A DNA stretch of 64,000 bases from an uncultured bacterium (GTDB lineage: Bacteria > Armatimonadota > SYMT01): NCBI GenBank assembly GCA_964609085.1, contig CAZSRZ010000012.1, forward strand, positions 2,292 through 66,291, written 5' to 3'. Every line of letters begins with the position of its first letter. The stretch's first letter is position 1. A model generated the notes under the pieces. That model saw only the letters and a list, made by a program, of their open reading frames with translations. It was not told the DNA's origin and did not search any database. The position numbers were made by a program, and so were the translations under genes. Shown here in pieces: positions 19,305 to 28,681 of the stretch.

Positions 19305-19520
19305 CTAGCGAGTGCCGCCCGGGTTGAAGTCCGGCGGAGCGTTGAGTTTCGGCCCGGCGGCGGACGGGCCTCCGGCAGGCCCTACAGAACCGGTCGGTGA
19401 GCCCGAGTTGAGCGGTGCGGCCGGCGGCTCCTCGGTCTGCGATGGCTTACATCCGATAGCGAAGACGGCCACGCTTGCAGTGGCCAACGCCAGGCAGGTA
19501 GTGCGAAGTAGTCCCTTCAT
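19305..19520 (-). CDS. small lipoprotein (hypothetical)
   Basis: 'MKGLLRTTCLALATASVAVFAIGC' is a signal peptide with a lipobox, followed by a G/P-rich tail. A strong RBS 'aaaggaga' sits 6 nt upstream of the ATG. The upstream extension of the ORF was rejected. Confidence 0.5.
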   Translation of the reverse strand: MKGLLRTTCLALATASVAVFAIGCKPSQTEEPPAAPLNSGSPTGSVGPAGGPSAAGPKLNAPPDFNPGGTR

Positions 19521-19702
19521 CGTCCCTGGTTCTCCTTTCAGCCGGCCGTCCCGCGCGCTTCTGTCGCAACCCGGATCGCCGAACTGTGTCTCACAGCCCG
19601 TTCGTTGCGGAGCAGCGCTGAAGGGTTCGGAGGAGAATGCAGGCACCTTCGGGTGAAGGGATGGTGCGGATACTCGGCGGTGCCCGGCGCGTGTGCGACG
19701 GG

Positions 19703-21007
19703 ATGACCCGTCGCGAACTCCTCAGTTTCGGCTGCCTGGCCGGGGCGTTGGCACTCCCTCGTGGGGTCACCGCGGCCATGCCTGGCGGGAAAGCCCGATC
19801 CCTGCTGTTCATTTCCCTCTTCGGTGGACCCTCGCACCAGGACATGTGGGATCTGAAGCCCGACGCACCGGCCGAGGTCCGCGGTGAGTTCAAGCCCATC
19901 GAGACCAGTGTCCCGGGCATTCGCATCACAGAACATCTGCCGATGCTCGCACGGACAGCCCACCGGTACTCGCTCATACGGTCGGTCACCCATGCGGACA
20001 ATGGCCACGGCAGTGCGATGTATGCTGCATTCACCGGTTGGCCCCACCGTTTCCCGAACACTAACCCGATCCCCGACGTCGCCGATTCACCTGCCTACGG
20101 GTGTGTGCTCGCCCGGCTCCGCCCGCCGACCCACACGGTGCCCAGTTTCATTGCGGTGGGCGGAACCCAGTTCGTCTGCGGGAATCAAATCCCCGGGCAG
20201 CGTGCCGGTTGGCTGGGACCCGCCTACGAGCCTTTCGTGGTGACCGGTGATCCCAACCGGGCAGAGTTCCGCGTACCCGAGCTCTCCCTGCTCCCTGGGA
20301 TCACCGATCTGCGGCTCGGCCGCCGACGCAATCTGCTGCAATCCGTCGAGAGTGCTCAACGGCTCGCGGAGCGCGGGCCGGGGCCGATGGGACTGGGCGT
20401 AGCGCAGGCGCGCGCTTACGAGCTGCTGACCAGCGAGGGGGTAAGGACGGCGCTTGACATGAAACCTGAGCGGCCCGAGACCCGTGATCGCTATGGCCGC
20501 ACCACGTTTGGCCAGAGCCTCATACTGGCCCGCCGGCTGATCGAGGCCGGCGTGCCGGTCGCAACGGTCAACTGGTCCACCGGGGGTTCGTGGGACACTC
20601 ACAGCGGCAATTTTCCGTCCTTGAAGGGGGACCTGCTGCCCCGGCTGGATCGAAGTTTGAGCGCGCTGCTCGAGGACCTCGATCAACGCGGACTGCTGGC
20701 GGAGACGCTCGTGGTGGTGACGGGAGAGTTCGGCCGGACGCCGCAGGTCAACCCGGGTGGTGGTCGCGACCACTGGGCGGGTGTATACACCGTCCTGATG
20801 GCAGGTGGCGGCATCGCGGGCGGGCGCGTGCACGGCAGCTCGGACGCCCAAGCCGCCTATCCCGCGGAGGATGCCGTTGGCCCCTGGGACATCGCGGCCA
20901 CCGTGTTCGACCGGTTTGGCCTCCCGCCGGAGACCGAGATCCGGGACTCCACGGACCGCCCCAGCCGGATCGCACGCGGAGAACCGATCGCTTCCATCCT
21001 TGCGTAG
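19703..21007 (+). CDS. DUF1501 (sulfatase-like) protein with Tat signal
   Basis: It has the twin-arginine signal 'MTRRELLSFGCLAGALAL' and DUF1501-type blocks ('LFISLFGGPSHQDMWDLKPDAP', 'GGGRDHW', 'GGGIAGGRVHGSSD'). Confidence 0.75.
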   Translation: MTRRELLSFGCLAGALALPRGVTAAMPGGKARSLLFISLFGGPSHQDMWDLKPDAPAEVRGEFKPIETSVPGIRITEHLPMLARTAHRYSLIRSVTHADNGHGSAMYAAFTGWPHRFPNTNPIPDVADSPAYGCVLARLRPPTHTVPSFIAVGGTQFVCGNQIPGQRAGWLGPAYEPFVVTGDPNRAEFRVPELSLLPGITDLRLGRRRNLLQSVESAQRLAERGPGPMGLGVAQARAYELLTSEGVRTALDMKPERPETRDRYGRTTFGQSLILARRLIEAGVPVATVNWSTGGSWDTHSGNFPSLKGDLLPRLDRSLSALLEDLDQRGLLAETLVVVTGEFGRTPQVNPGGGRDHWAGVYTVLMAGGGIAGGRVHGSSDAQAAYPAEDAVGPWDIAATVFDRFGLPPETEIRDSTDRPSRIARGEPIASILA

Positions 21008-21056
21008 CCGCCATGGCAGCCCGCACCCGGCCTCCGAGGTGGGCTCATCACCTGCC

Positions 21057-22286
21057 TTACGGCTGGCCCACCGCGACCTCCTCCAGCAGGGCATCCGGAT
21101 CCAACTCCGCCAGCTCGCCGATCATCCCGATGAGCTTTTCCAGACCAGCGTTGTCCTGGGGCTCCCCCAGTAGCGCGCCTGGATTAAGCACCCAGGAAGC
21201 CGTGGACTCCACCTGCCATGGCTTCTGCTGAAGGTGCGGGATCCCGTCAACGGACTCCAGCAGGTAGGGCGTGCCGTGGGCGGCGATCAGCGGGCTGTGG
21301 GTCGTCACGATCAATTGTTCTGGCCCGATTCCGGACTGGATGATCCTGCGGGCAAGCTGAATGAACCGGGTCTGCAGGTCGGGAGAGAGCCGGCACTCGG
21401 GCTCCTCGATGCAGACGAAGCGTTCGCGAGCCAGGCACAGCTCCGCCAGCATGCAGACGGCTCGGCGAATTCCGGCGCCCATCCGATCCAGCGGCACGGC
21501 GTCCTGCCCCCAGAGATAAACCAGGTCGGCCCGGCCCTTGGCACGATCGAACACCGTGTCCCAGGTCCCATCCCCGAGCTCGCCGCGAAGCGATCCGGCC
21601 AGTTGGCTAAAGAGGCTCCACCTCCGCCGCTCATCCGGGTTGATTGACTGTCGAGCGTCGAACATGCGATCCCGGACGGGCTGGGGAAAGCCGGAGAGAT
21701 CCGTGCCGAGAAATGCGAAGTTGACGACGGGTCGCTCATGGCGGAAAGGTTCGCAATCCGCCAGCCACCGGCGCACCTGCGAGGCGAACCCAACCAGCAC
21801 CTGCTCCTTCCCCCGTTCGAGGGTGGAGACGTCTTGCCCGTCGAATTCCCACTTACCGACCCGCATCTCCATACTGCGGTTGATCCTCTGCACTTCGAAC
21901 TCGACCCCCACGTTTCGGATCGACTGTCCGGCTGCAACTCCCAGTCGCTGATGGACCTGTTCCGTGATCAGTCCGATGCCCTCCAGGTCGTCCCCGGCCA
22001 GAGACCAGGCCGCCTTGAAGCGAATCGGCTGCGGATCGTCGACGTGAAATGCGCGGGCGAGGGTGCCGCCCAGGGTGGGGTTGTCATCGGTCAGCGTGGC
22101 CGTCTGGGACCGGCTGACCGACTCGCCGGCAGCGAGCAGCCGATAGAACAGTTCGATGGCGCGGACCAGGTTGCTCTTGCCGCAGTTGTTCGCCCCGTAG
22201 ACCACGGTCAATTCGTCCATCGGCGCGAACGCGACGGTCTGGCTCAGATTCCCGTATCCCGTGACTTCGAGCGACTCGAGACGCAT
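21057..22286 (-). CDS. ABC-type AAA ATPase (AAA_15/AAA_21, OLD/RecF-like), orphan
   Basis: The N-terminus 'MRLESLEVTGYGNLS...LTVVYGANNCGKSNLVRAIE' is a Walker A. The C-terminus 'FVCIEEPECRLSPDLQTRF...LIVTTHSPLIAAHG' carries the Walker B, D-loop and H-loop. No nuclease domain or partner gene is adjacent. Confidence 0.7.
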   Translation of the reverse strand: MRLESLEVTGYGNLSQTVAFAPMDELTVVYGANNCGKSNLVRAIELFYRLLAAGESVSRSQTATLTDDNPTLGGTLARAFHVDDPQPIRFKAAWSLAGDDLEGIGLITEQVHQRLGVAAGQSIRNVGVEFEVQRINRSMEMRVGKWEFDGQDVSTLERGKEQVLVGFASQVRRWLADCEPFRHERPVVNFAFLGTDLSGFPQPVRDRMFDARQSINPDERRRWSLFSQLAGSLRGELGDGTWDTVFDRAKGRADLVYLWGQDAVPLDRMGAGIRRAVCMLAELCLARERFVCIEEPECRLSPDLQTRFIQLARRIIQSGIGPEQLIVTTHSPLIAAHGTPYLLESVDGIPHLQQKPWQVESTASWVLNPGALLGEPQDNAGLEKLIGMIGELAELDPDALLEEVAVGQP

Positions 22287-22422
22287 GTGGTGGACGGATC
22301 TCCATGGCAGGCGAGGTCACGCACAATTTTGCCGGTCACGGCCTGAATCCGCAGGGTGATCGGCGCCGACGGAGAGGTCGAACGACGAGATAAACTCACG
22401 GGGCGACCCCCGGAGATCCTGT

Positions 22423-23454
22423 ATGCGCGCCGCCCTTCCGCTTCTCGCCACCAGCTCCATCGGCAGCTACGCGCCGCCGAGTTGGTTCTGCGCGGCCGTC
22501 GAGGCGATCGGACGCGGCGAGTTCGGCGAGACTGACCGCGAAGAGACCTACAACGACGCCTGCCGCATCGCCCTCCTCGACCAGGAGCAGGCCGGTCTCG
22601 ACCTGCTCACCGAGGGCGAAATGCGCCGGGTGGATTTCAACCTCGGCTTCTACGGCAGGATCCACGGTCTTGAGAAGTTGCCCCCGCAGCGCACAAAGGG
22701 ACCCGATGGGCATGACATGCGTGACCGGTACATCGTCACCGATCGGCTCTCGGCCCCCGTCGGCCTGGGCATCGTCCAAGAGTTCCAGTTTGCGCGCGAG
22801 CAGACAAGCCGGCCTCTGAAGGTCACGTGTCCCGGTCCCTACACCCTCGCCGGCAGACCGCAGACGGGGGGGATCTACGCCGACCGTTACGCGGTGGCGA
22901 TGGATATGGCGGAACTCATCAACTCGGAGCTGCGAAGGTGTGTGGACGCGGGTGCCGAGTACATTCAGTTGGATGAGCCTTCGGCCGCGGTCCACCCGGA
23001 TCGTCCGGAGGCGTTCGTCAAGTTGATCGCTCGAGCTCTCGATGGCGTCGACGCGCACGTGGGGATGCACATGTGCTTCGGCAACTTCCGTGGGCGCGCG
23101 GTTGGGAGACGGCGCTACGAGCCGCTGTTCCCGGGGATCCTGGACTGCCCGGTCCATCAGTTCGTCCTCGAGTTTGCCAGCCGCGAGATGTGTGAGATCG
23201 ATCTCTGGGAGCGCTTCCCGAACGACCGAGAGCTGGCTATCGGGGTCATCGACGTCAAGAACTACTGGGTCGAAACTCCGGCTGAAGTGGCTGACCGCAT
23301 CCGCGCTGCCATGAGGTTCGTAGCCCCCGAGAAGCTGCACGTGGTGCCCGACTGCGGGTTCAGCCAGACCTCCCGCTGGGCCTCCCGGGCGAAGTTGAAG
23401 GCCATGGTGGAGGGCGCGGCCATCATCCGCCGCGAACTCACCGGGGAGGGGTGA
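22423..23454 (+). CDS. cobalamin-independent methionine synthase (MetE) C-terminal-domain-like protein
   Basis: The length is about 340 aa. Motifs 'IQLDEPS', 'HMCFGNF' and 'LEFA..E' resemble the UroD/MetE-C fold with its Zn/homocysteine-binding residues. Confidence 0.6.
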   Translation: MRAALPLLATSSIGSYAPPSWFCAAVEAIGRGEFGETDREETYNDACRIALLDQEQAGLDLLTEGEMRRVDFNLGFYGRIHGLEKLPPQRTKGPDGHDMRDRYIVTDRLSAPVGLGIVQEFQFAREQTSRPLKVTCPGPYTLAGRPQTGGIYADRYAVAMDMAELINSELRRCVDAGAEYIQLDEPSAAVHPDRPEAFVKLIARALDGVDAHVGMHMCFGNFRGRAVGRRRYEPLFPGILDCPVHQFVLEFASREMCEIDLWERFPNDRELAIGVIDVKNYWVETPAEVADRIRAAMRFVAPEKLHVVPDCGFSQTSRWASRAKLKAMVEGAAIIRRELTGEG

Positions 23455-24608
23455 GGCACCCCGCGATGCGATTCGCTACTCGGATGGCGGGTGTCAGCGC
23501 GTCCCCGATCATGGAGCTAATCAAGACGGTTGCGTCGGGGGAGTACATCTCCTTCGCGAGCGGCCTGCCGGACAGCGCTCTCTACCCGGTCGAGACCCTG
23601 GCGGAACTGGCGGACCTGGTGCTGACCCGTGATGGTCGAGCTGCTCTCCAATACGGCGCCGCGGAAGGATACATGCCCCTTAGAGCGCAAGTGGCGGAGC
23701 GCCTCACCCACCGGGGGCTGCGGTCCGTGGCGGAGAACATCCTCATCACTTCGGGTTCGCAACAGGCGATCGATCTCGTTGCGCGGGCGCTGCTCGATCC
23801 CGGTGACGTGGTCGCCGTCGAGCGCCCCACGTACCTCGCCGCCCTCCAGGTGTTCTCCAGCTACGGTGCGGCCCTCACCGAGTGCCTGGCGCCCAATGAC
23901 GGAGGCGGGCCGTGTACGTGGCAGCCCGCAACCCGACTCCTCTACTGCATGCCGAACTTTCAGAATCCAGCGGGGAGTACGTGGACCCTCGAGCGGCGGC
24001 AGACAGTGGCGGCTGCGGCGACCACGGCGGGGCTGCCCGTGCTGGAGGACGACGCCTACGGGGATCTCCGCTACGAGGGCGAGGACCTCCCAGCCGTCGC
24101 CGCGTGTGCGCATAATCCCGCCGCGATCTACACGGGCACATTCAGCAAGGTCATTTGCCCCGGCGTTCGCGTCGGGTATCTCCGGGCAGATGCCGGGCTG
24201 GTGGAGCGGCTGACGCAGCTCAAGCAGATCACGGACCTCCACACCGGCTCACTCACACAGCGAATCGTGGCGGCTTACTGTGAGCATGGGTTGTTAGATC
24301 CGGGTATCGAGCGCTATCGAAGCGTCTACACTGCGCGGAGGGACATCCTTCTGCAGGCTCTGCAGACCCACTGTCCGTCGCTCCAACTCTGGACTCGACC
24401 GCGCGGAGGGATGTTTGTATTCCTGACGCACCCCGAGCGAGGCGCTGACGGGCTTCTGCAGGCCGCGATGGCGGTTGGGGTCGTGTTCGTTCCCGGCCGG
24501 TCCTTTTTTGCCCACGGCGGCGGGGAGCGCACGCTGCGTCTCAACTTCGTCAGCGAACCCGAAGCACAAATCATCGAAGGGGCGCGCCTGCTCGGTTCCG
24601 TTCTGTAG
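23451..24608 (+). CDS. PLP-dependent aminotransferase (class I/II)
   Basis: Motifs 'SGSQQAIDLVARALLDPGDVVAVERPTY' and 'YTGTFSKVICPGVRVGYL' (the PLP-lysine region 'SFSK') are present. The protein resembles 2-aminoadipate / aromatic aminotransferases. Confidence 0.75.
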   Translation: MRHPAMRFATRMAGVSASPIMELIKTVASGEYISFASGLPDSALYPVETLAELADLVLTRDGRAALQYGAAEGYMPLRAQVAERLTHRGLRSVAENILITSGSQQAIDLVARALLDPGDVVAVERPTYLAALQVFSSYGAALTECLAPNDGGGPCTWQPATRLLYCMPNFQNPAGSTWTLERRQTVAAAATTAGLPVLEDDAYGDLRYEGEDLPAVAACAHNPAAIYTGTFSKVICPGVRVGYLRADAGLVERLTQLKQITDLHTGSLTQRIVAAYCEHGLLDPGIERYRSVYTARRDILLQALQTHCPSLQLWTRPRGGMFVFLTHPERGADGLLQAAMAVGVVFVPGRSFFAHGGGERTLRLNFVSEPEAQIIEGARLLGSVL

Positions 24609-24750
24609 CCAGGCAGAGGCGAATCTCCACCTGGCCAGATGGTGTCATCACCGGTCGAATCTCTGCAACCCGACCCGGCCGACGCTGTCCCAAATCACGG
24701 TTCCGAGTCTGTGTTCCTGTGCTGAGCTGTAGGCACATGGCAGGTGGTCC

Positions 24751-27252
24751 TTGATCCGCATCCGGTGGTCGCTGAAACTGGTCCTGTCGCTCGCGCCTGC
24801 GGTGCTGGCAGCGGCTGTGGCTGCGGCGCCAACAACCGCTCCCACTTCAGGGGAATCGGTGATCGCTCGATCCTGCCTTCGATGCCACGGGGACGGCGCA
24901 ACGCAGGCCGGGCTGGATCTCAGGAGCAGAGAATCCGCTCTCAAAGGCGGCAAGCACGGGCCGGCCCTGGTTCCGGGCCATCCGGAGCGAAGCCTGCTGC
25001 TGCGGCATGTGCTGGGTGAGGTCAAGCCGCAGATGCCGCCGACCGGACCGCTCTCCGGCGCTGATGTGGCGTCACTGCGTCGCTGGATTGCCGGCGGGGC
25101 GGAGTACACGGTCCGGCGCGCTGGCCGAGACGCACGGTGGTGGGCGTTCAGAGACGTGATTTCGCCTGCCGTTCCCACGGTGAATTCGCCCTGGATCCGA
25201 GGACCCATTGATGCGTTCATCCTGCGGCAACTGCGCGCGAGGGGGCTCACTCCCAGCCCCGCGGCGGATCCCCGTGCCCTGATTCGCCGGGTTACCTTTG
25301 ATCTGACCGGGCTCCCGCCCGCGCCGGAAGCCGTAGAGCGATTCGTCCGGGACCCCTCGCCGGCGGCCTACGACCGCGTGGTCGATCGGTTGCTGGCCTC
25401 GCCCGCCTACGGAGAGCGTTGGGCCAGGATGTGGCTCGACCTGGCGCGTTACGCCGAGAGTGAAGGGTTCAAGGCGGATGAGACACGCCCCGACGCCTGG
25501 CGGTACCGCGATTATGTGATCCGCAGCTTCAACGACGACAAGCCTTATGATCGGTTCATCCGGGAACAGATCGCCGGCGACGAGTTGTTTCCCAACGATC
25601 CAAACGCCCTCGTCGCCACGGGCTTCAATCGACACTGGGCCGATGAAAGCAACGCGAGGAACCTGGCGTTGCGCCGGCAAGAGATCCTCAATGACATCAC
25701 CGATACCGTCGGCTCCGTGGTCCTGGGCCTGACGGTCGGTTGTGCCCGCTGCCACGACCACAAGTACGACCCCATCCCACAGAAGGACTACTACCGGCTG
25801 CAGGCCTTCTTCGCCGCGGTCCAGCCGAGAAGCGATCTGGTGCTGGCACCCCCGCCCGAGATTGAGCGCCACCGCCAGGCTCTGGCCGAGTGGGAGAGTG
25901 CGACCGAACCGGCCCGCAAGCGGATCGCTGCCATCGAGGAACCCGTGCGCCGTCGCCTGGTGGTAGGAAAGCGCATGCCGTTCACCGATGACGTGCAGGC
26001 CGCGATTGACACCCCGGCTGCCCGGCGCACCGCGCTCCAGTGGCAGCTCTTCCTGCAGGTTTCTCCCCAGTTGGAAATCACCGATGAGGAGATTGCCAAG
26101 GCCCTCAAGCCGGAGCAGCGAAGTGAGTGGGAAGCGGCACGGGCTCGGGTGACCGGCTGCGGGGTGAAGCGACCGGCGCCGCTGCCCACGGCTCAGGGCG
26201 TCACGGACGTGGGGCCGGAAGCGCCGCCCACCCACGTCCTCAATGTCGGTCTCTACGACTCGCCCGGCGAGCTGGTGGAGCCAGGGTTCCTCAGCGCTGT
26301 CGACCGCCGCCCGGCGCGCATCACACCACCTGGTTCCCTGCGCTCGACGGGACGGCGGTCCGCTCTCGCGGCGTGGCTTTCCGCGCCGGACAATCCGCTG
26401 ACGGCTCGCGTCATCGTCAATCGCCTGTGGCAGGCGCACTTCGGCAGCGGGCTCGTGGGCACCGCCAGCGACTTCGGCAAGACGGGGGATCTGCCTTCGC
26501 ACCCGGAACTCCTGGACTGGCTGGCAGGCCAATTGATCCGCGACGGCTGGAGTCTGAAGCGGATGCATCGGCGGATGGTCACCAGTGCATCCTATCGACA
26601 GGCCAGCGAATTCCGGTCCAATGATGCACGGCGGGATCCGGAAAACAGGCTCCTGTGGCGTGCGAACCGGCGTCGGCTGGAGGCAGAGATGCTTCGGGAT
26701 GCGTGCCTGTCCGTCTCCGGGATGCTCAACCCTAGGCAGGGCGGGCCGAGCGTCTTTCCGGAGATGCCGGAGGGAGTGAGCACTCGCGGCGGTTGGAGCG
26801 TTACGGCAGATCCCGTGGAACGAAACCGTCGGAGCGTCTACGTATTCGTCCGCAGGAATATGCGCTATCCGCTCTTCGAGGCGTTTGACTTCCCGGATAC
26901 CCACGAGCCCTGTGCTCGAAGGGGCATCACCAACACAGCTCCTCAGGCGTTGTTACTCTTCAACGGGGAGCTGGTGATTCGGTGGGCCGAGGCGCTGGCC
27001 GACCGGTGCGCAGCAGCAGTGCGCACCCCGGAGGCGCGTATCGGAGAAGCCTACCACCTCTGCTTCGCACGCCTCCCCAGCCCCGACGAGGTTCGGGATG
27101 GTCTTGCCTTCCTGCGGCGGCAAGAGGTGATCCTTCGCAAGCAAGCGAGCCCCGGTCGCGCTCAACCGGCGGAGGCCGGGATCGAGAGGGCGGCCCTCGT
27201 CGATTTCTGCCACGCCCTGCTGAACGCGAATGAGTTCCTATATGTCGACTGA
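24751..27252 (+). CDS. PSCyt1-DUF1549-DUF1553 protein
   Basis: It has a signal peptide and the haem-like motif 'CLRCHGD'. DUF1549 is shown by 'LIRRVTFDLTGLPPAPEAVERFVRD' and DUF1553 by 'WQAHFGSGLVGTASDFGKTGDLPSHPELLDWLA...MVTSASYRQAS'. Confidence 0.8.
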   Translation: MIRIRWSLKLVLSLAPAVLAAAVAAAPTTAPTSGESVIARSCLRCHGDGATQAGLDLRSRESALKGGKHGPALVPGHPERSLLLRHVLGEVKPQMPPTGPLSGADVASLRRWIAGGAEYTVRRAGRDARWWAFRDVISPAVPTVNSPWIRGPIDAFILRQLRARGLTPSPAADPRALIRRVTFDLTGLPPAPEAVERFVRDPSPAAYDRVVDRLLASPAYGERWARMWLDLARYAESEGFKADETRPDAWRYRDYVIRSFNDDKPYDRFIREQIAGDELFPNDPNALVATGFNRHWADESNARNLALRRQEILNDITDTVGSVVLGLTVGCARCHDHKYDPIPQKDYYRLQAFFAAVQPRSDLVLAPPPEIERHRQALAEWESATEPARKRIAAIEEPVRRRLVVGKRMPFTDDVQAAIDTPAARRTALQWQLFLQVSPQLEITDEEIAKALKPEQRSEWEAARARVTGCGVKRPAPLPTAQGVTDVGPEAPPTHVLNVGLYDSPGELVEPGFLSAVDRRPARITPPGSLRSTGRRSALAAWLSAPDNPLTARVIVNRLWQAHFGSGLVGTASDFGKTGDLPSHPELLDWLAGQLIRDGWSLKRMHRRMVTSASYRQASEFRSNDARRDPENRLLWRANRRRLEAEMLRDACLSVSGMLNPRQGGPSVFPEMPEGVSTRGGWSVTADPVERNRRSVYVFVRRNMRYPLFEAFDFPDTHEPCARRGITNTAPQALLLFNGELVIRWAEALADRCAAAVRTPEARIGEAYHLCFARLPSPDEVRDGLAFLRRQEVILRKQASPGRAQPAEAGIERAALVDFCHALLNANEFLYVD

Positions 27253-28681
27253 TCCGCAACCAACTCGGCCCAACCCGCGGACGACAGTCTCGGGCAGAAG
27301 AGAGCTGCTGATGCGCGGCGGTCTCGGCTTCGGGGGGTTGGCCCTCGGCTCCATCCTGGCCCGGGAGGCGCGGTCGGCCGGCAGGACGAATCCTCTCGCC
27401 GCGGCGAGACCGCATCACCGCCCGCGCGCCGACGCCGTCATCTTTCTCTTCATGGAGGGCGGCCCCAGCCATCTCGACCTCTTTGATCCGAAACCTGAGT
27501 TGCAGCGGCTGGCAGGGCAACCGCTCCCTGCGTCGTACGGAAAACCGATCACCCCGATGGGCGTCTCCGGCAATGCGCTGTTGGGGACGAAGCGCACCTT
27601 CACCCGACACGGCCGGAGCGGGATCGAGGTATCCGACTGGTACCCGAACATTGCGAGGCACGCCGACAAGCTGTGCGTATTGCGAGGCTGCTGGGCCGAC
27701 GGCCTGAACCACGTCGGCTCGGTCTGCCAGATGAACACTGGCTCCATCCTGGCTGGTCGCCCCTCCCTGGGTGCCTGGGTTCAGTATGGCCTGGGTACGG
27801 CGAACGAGAATCTCCCCGGATTTGTCGTCCTGCTCGACGACAAGGAGCCGATCGGGGGACCCAAAAACTGGAGCGCCGGGTTCATGCCCGCTGCGTTCCA
27901 GGGCACGCACTTCCGGCCGAAGGGCGCGCCCATCCTCGGCCTCACGCCTCCCACCGGGCTCACCATGGAGCAGCAGCGCTCAAAGCTCGACTTCGTCCAG
28001 GCATTGAATGCCCGGTTCGGGAAGGGCCGTGAGGACTTCACCGAGTTGGACGCGCGGATCGCCGCCTATGAGCTGGCATTTCGGATGCAATCAAGTGCGA
28101 CTGAGGCCGTGGACCTGCGGGGAGAATCGGATGCTACCCGGCGGCTCTACGGGATGGACCGTCCGGAATCGGCCCGGTTCGGGGAGAACTGCCTCCTCGC
28201 CCGCCGGTTGGTGGAGCGAGGCGTCCGTTTCGTGCAACTCTACTGCGGAACCGGCAGCCAGTGGGACGCTCATACCGACCTGGAGGGGAACCACGGGAAG
28301 ATGTGCGCCGTCTCGGATCGGCCCGTGGCGGGGCTCCTGGCGGACCTGGACCAGCGCGGATTGCTAGACCGCACTCTGGTGATCTGGGGAGGCGAATTCG
28401 GCCGCACACCCATGTCGGAGAAAGGGATCGGCCGCGACCACAACCCCTATGGGTTTACGATGTGGCTGGCCGGCGGTGGCGTGCGCGCGGGGCACGTCAT
28501 CGGGCGCACCGATGATCTTGGGTTGCGGGCCGTCGAAGACCGAATGCACGTGCACGACCTGCACGCCACTGTGCTTCACCTGCTGGGGGAGGATCATCTC
28601 CAACTGACGTACCAGCACAACGGACGCAAGGAACGAGCCACTGTCAACGCCGGCAATGTGATGACGAAGGCCCTGGCATGA
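27230..28681 (+). CDS. DUF1501 protein with Tat signal
   Basis: The signal 'RRELLMRGGLGFGGLALG' is followed by DUF1501 blocks ('IFLFMEGGPSHLDLFDPKPE', 'GRDHNPYGFTMWLAGGGV'). Confidence 0.8.
   Translation: MSSYMSTDPQPTRPNPRTTVSGRRELLMRGGLGFGGLALGSILAREARSAGRTNPLAAARPHHRPRADAVIFLFMEGGPSHLDLFDPKPELQRLAGQPLPASYGKPITPMGVSGNALLGTKRTFTRHGRSGIEVSDWYPNIARHADKLCVLRGCWADGLNHVGSVCQMNTGSILAGRPSLGAWVQYGLGTANENLPGFVVLLDDKEPIGGPKNWSAGFMPAAFQGTHFRPKGAPILGLTPPTGLTMEQQRSKLDFVQALNARFGKGREDFTELDARIAAYELAFRMQSSATEAVDLRGESDATRRLYGMDRPESARFGENCLLARRLVERGVRFVQLYCGTGSQWDAHTDLEGNHGKMCAVSDRPVAGLLADLDQRGLLDRTLVIWGGEFGRTPMSEKGIGRDHNPYGFTMWLAGGGVRAGHVIGRTDDLGLRAVEDRMHVHDLHATVLHLLGEDHLQLTYQHNGRKERATVNAGNVMTKALA

Noticed and set aside
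21007-21057. Rho-independent terminator between convergent DUF1501 and AAA ATPase genes
   Set aside because: The hairpin AGCCCgcACC/GGTGGGCT has a 2-nt bulge and no U-tract, which is too weak to call.
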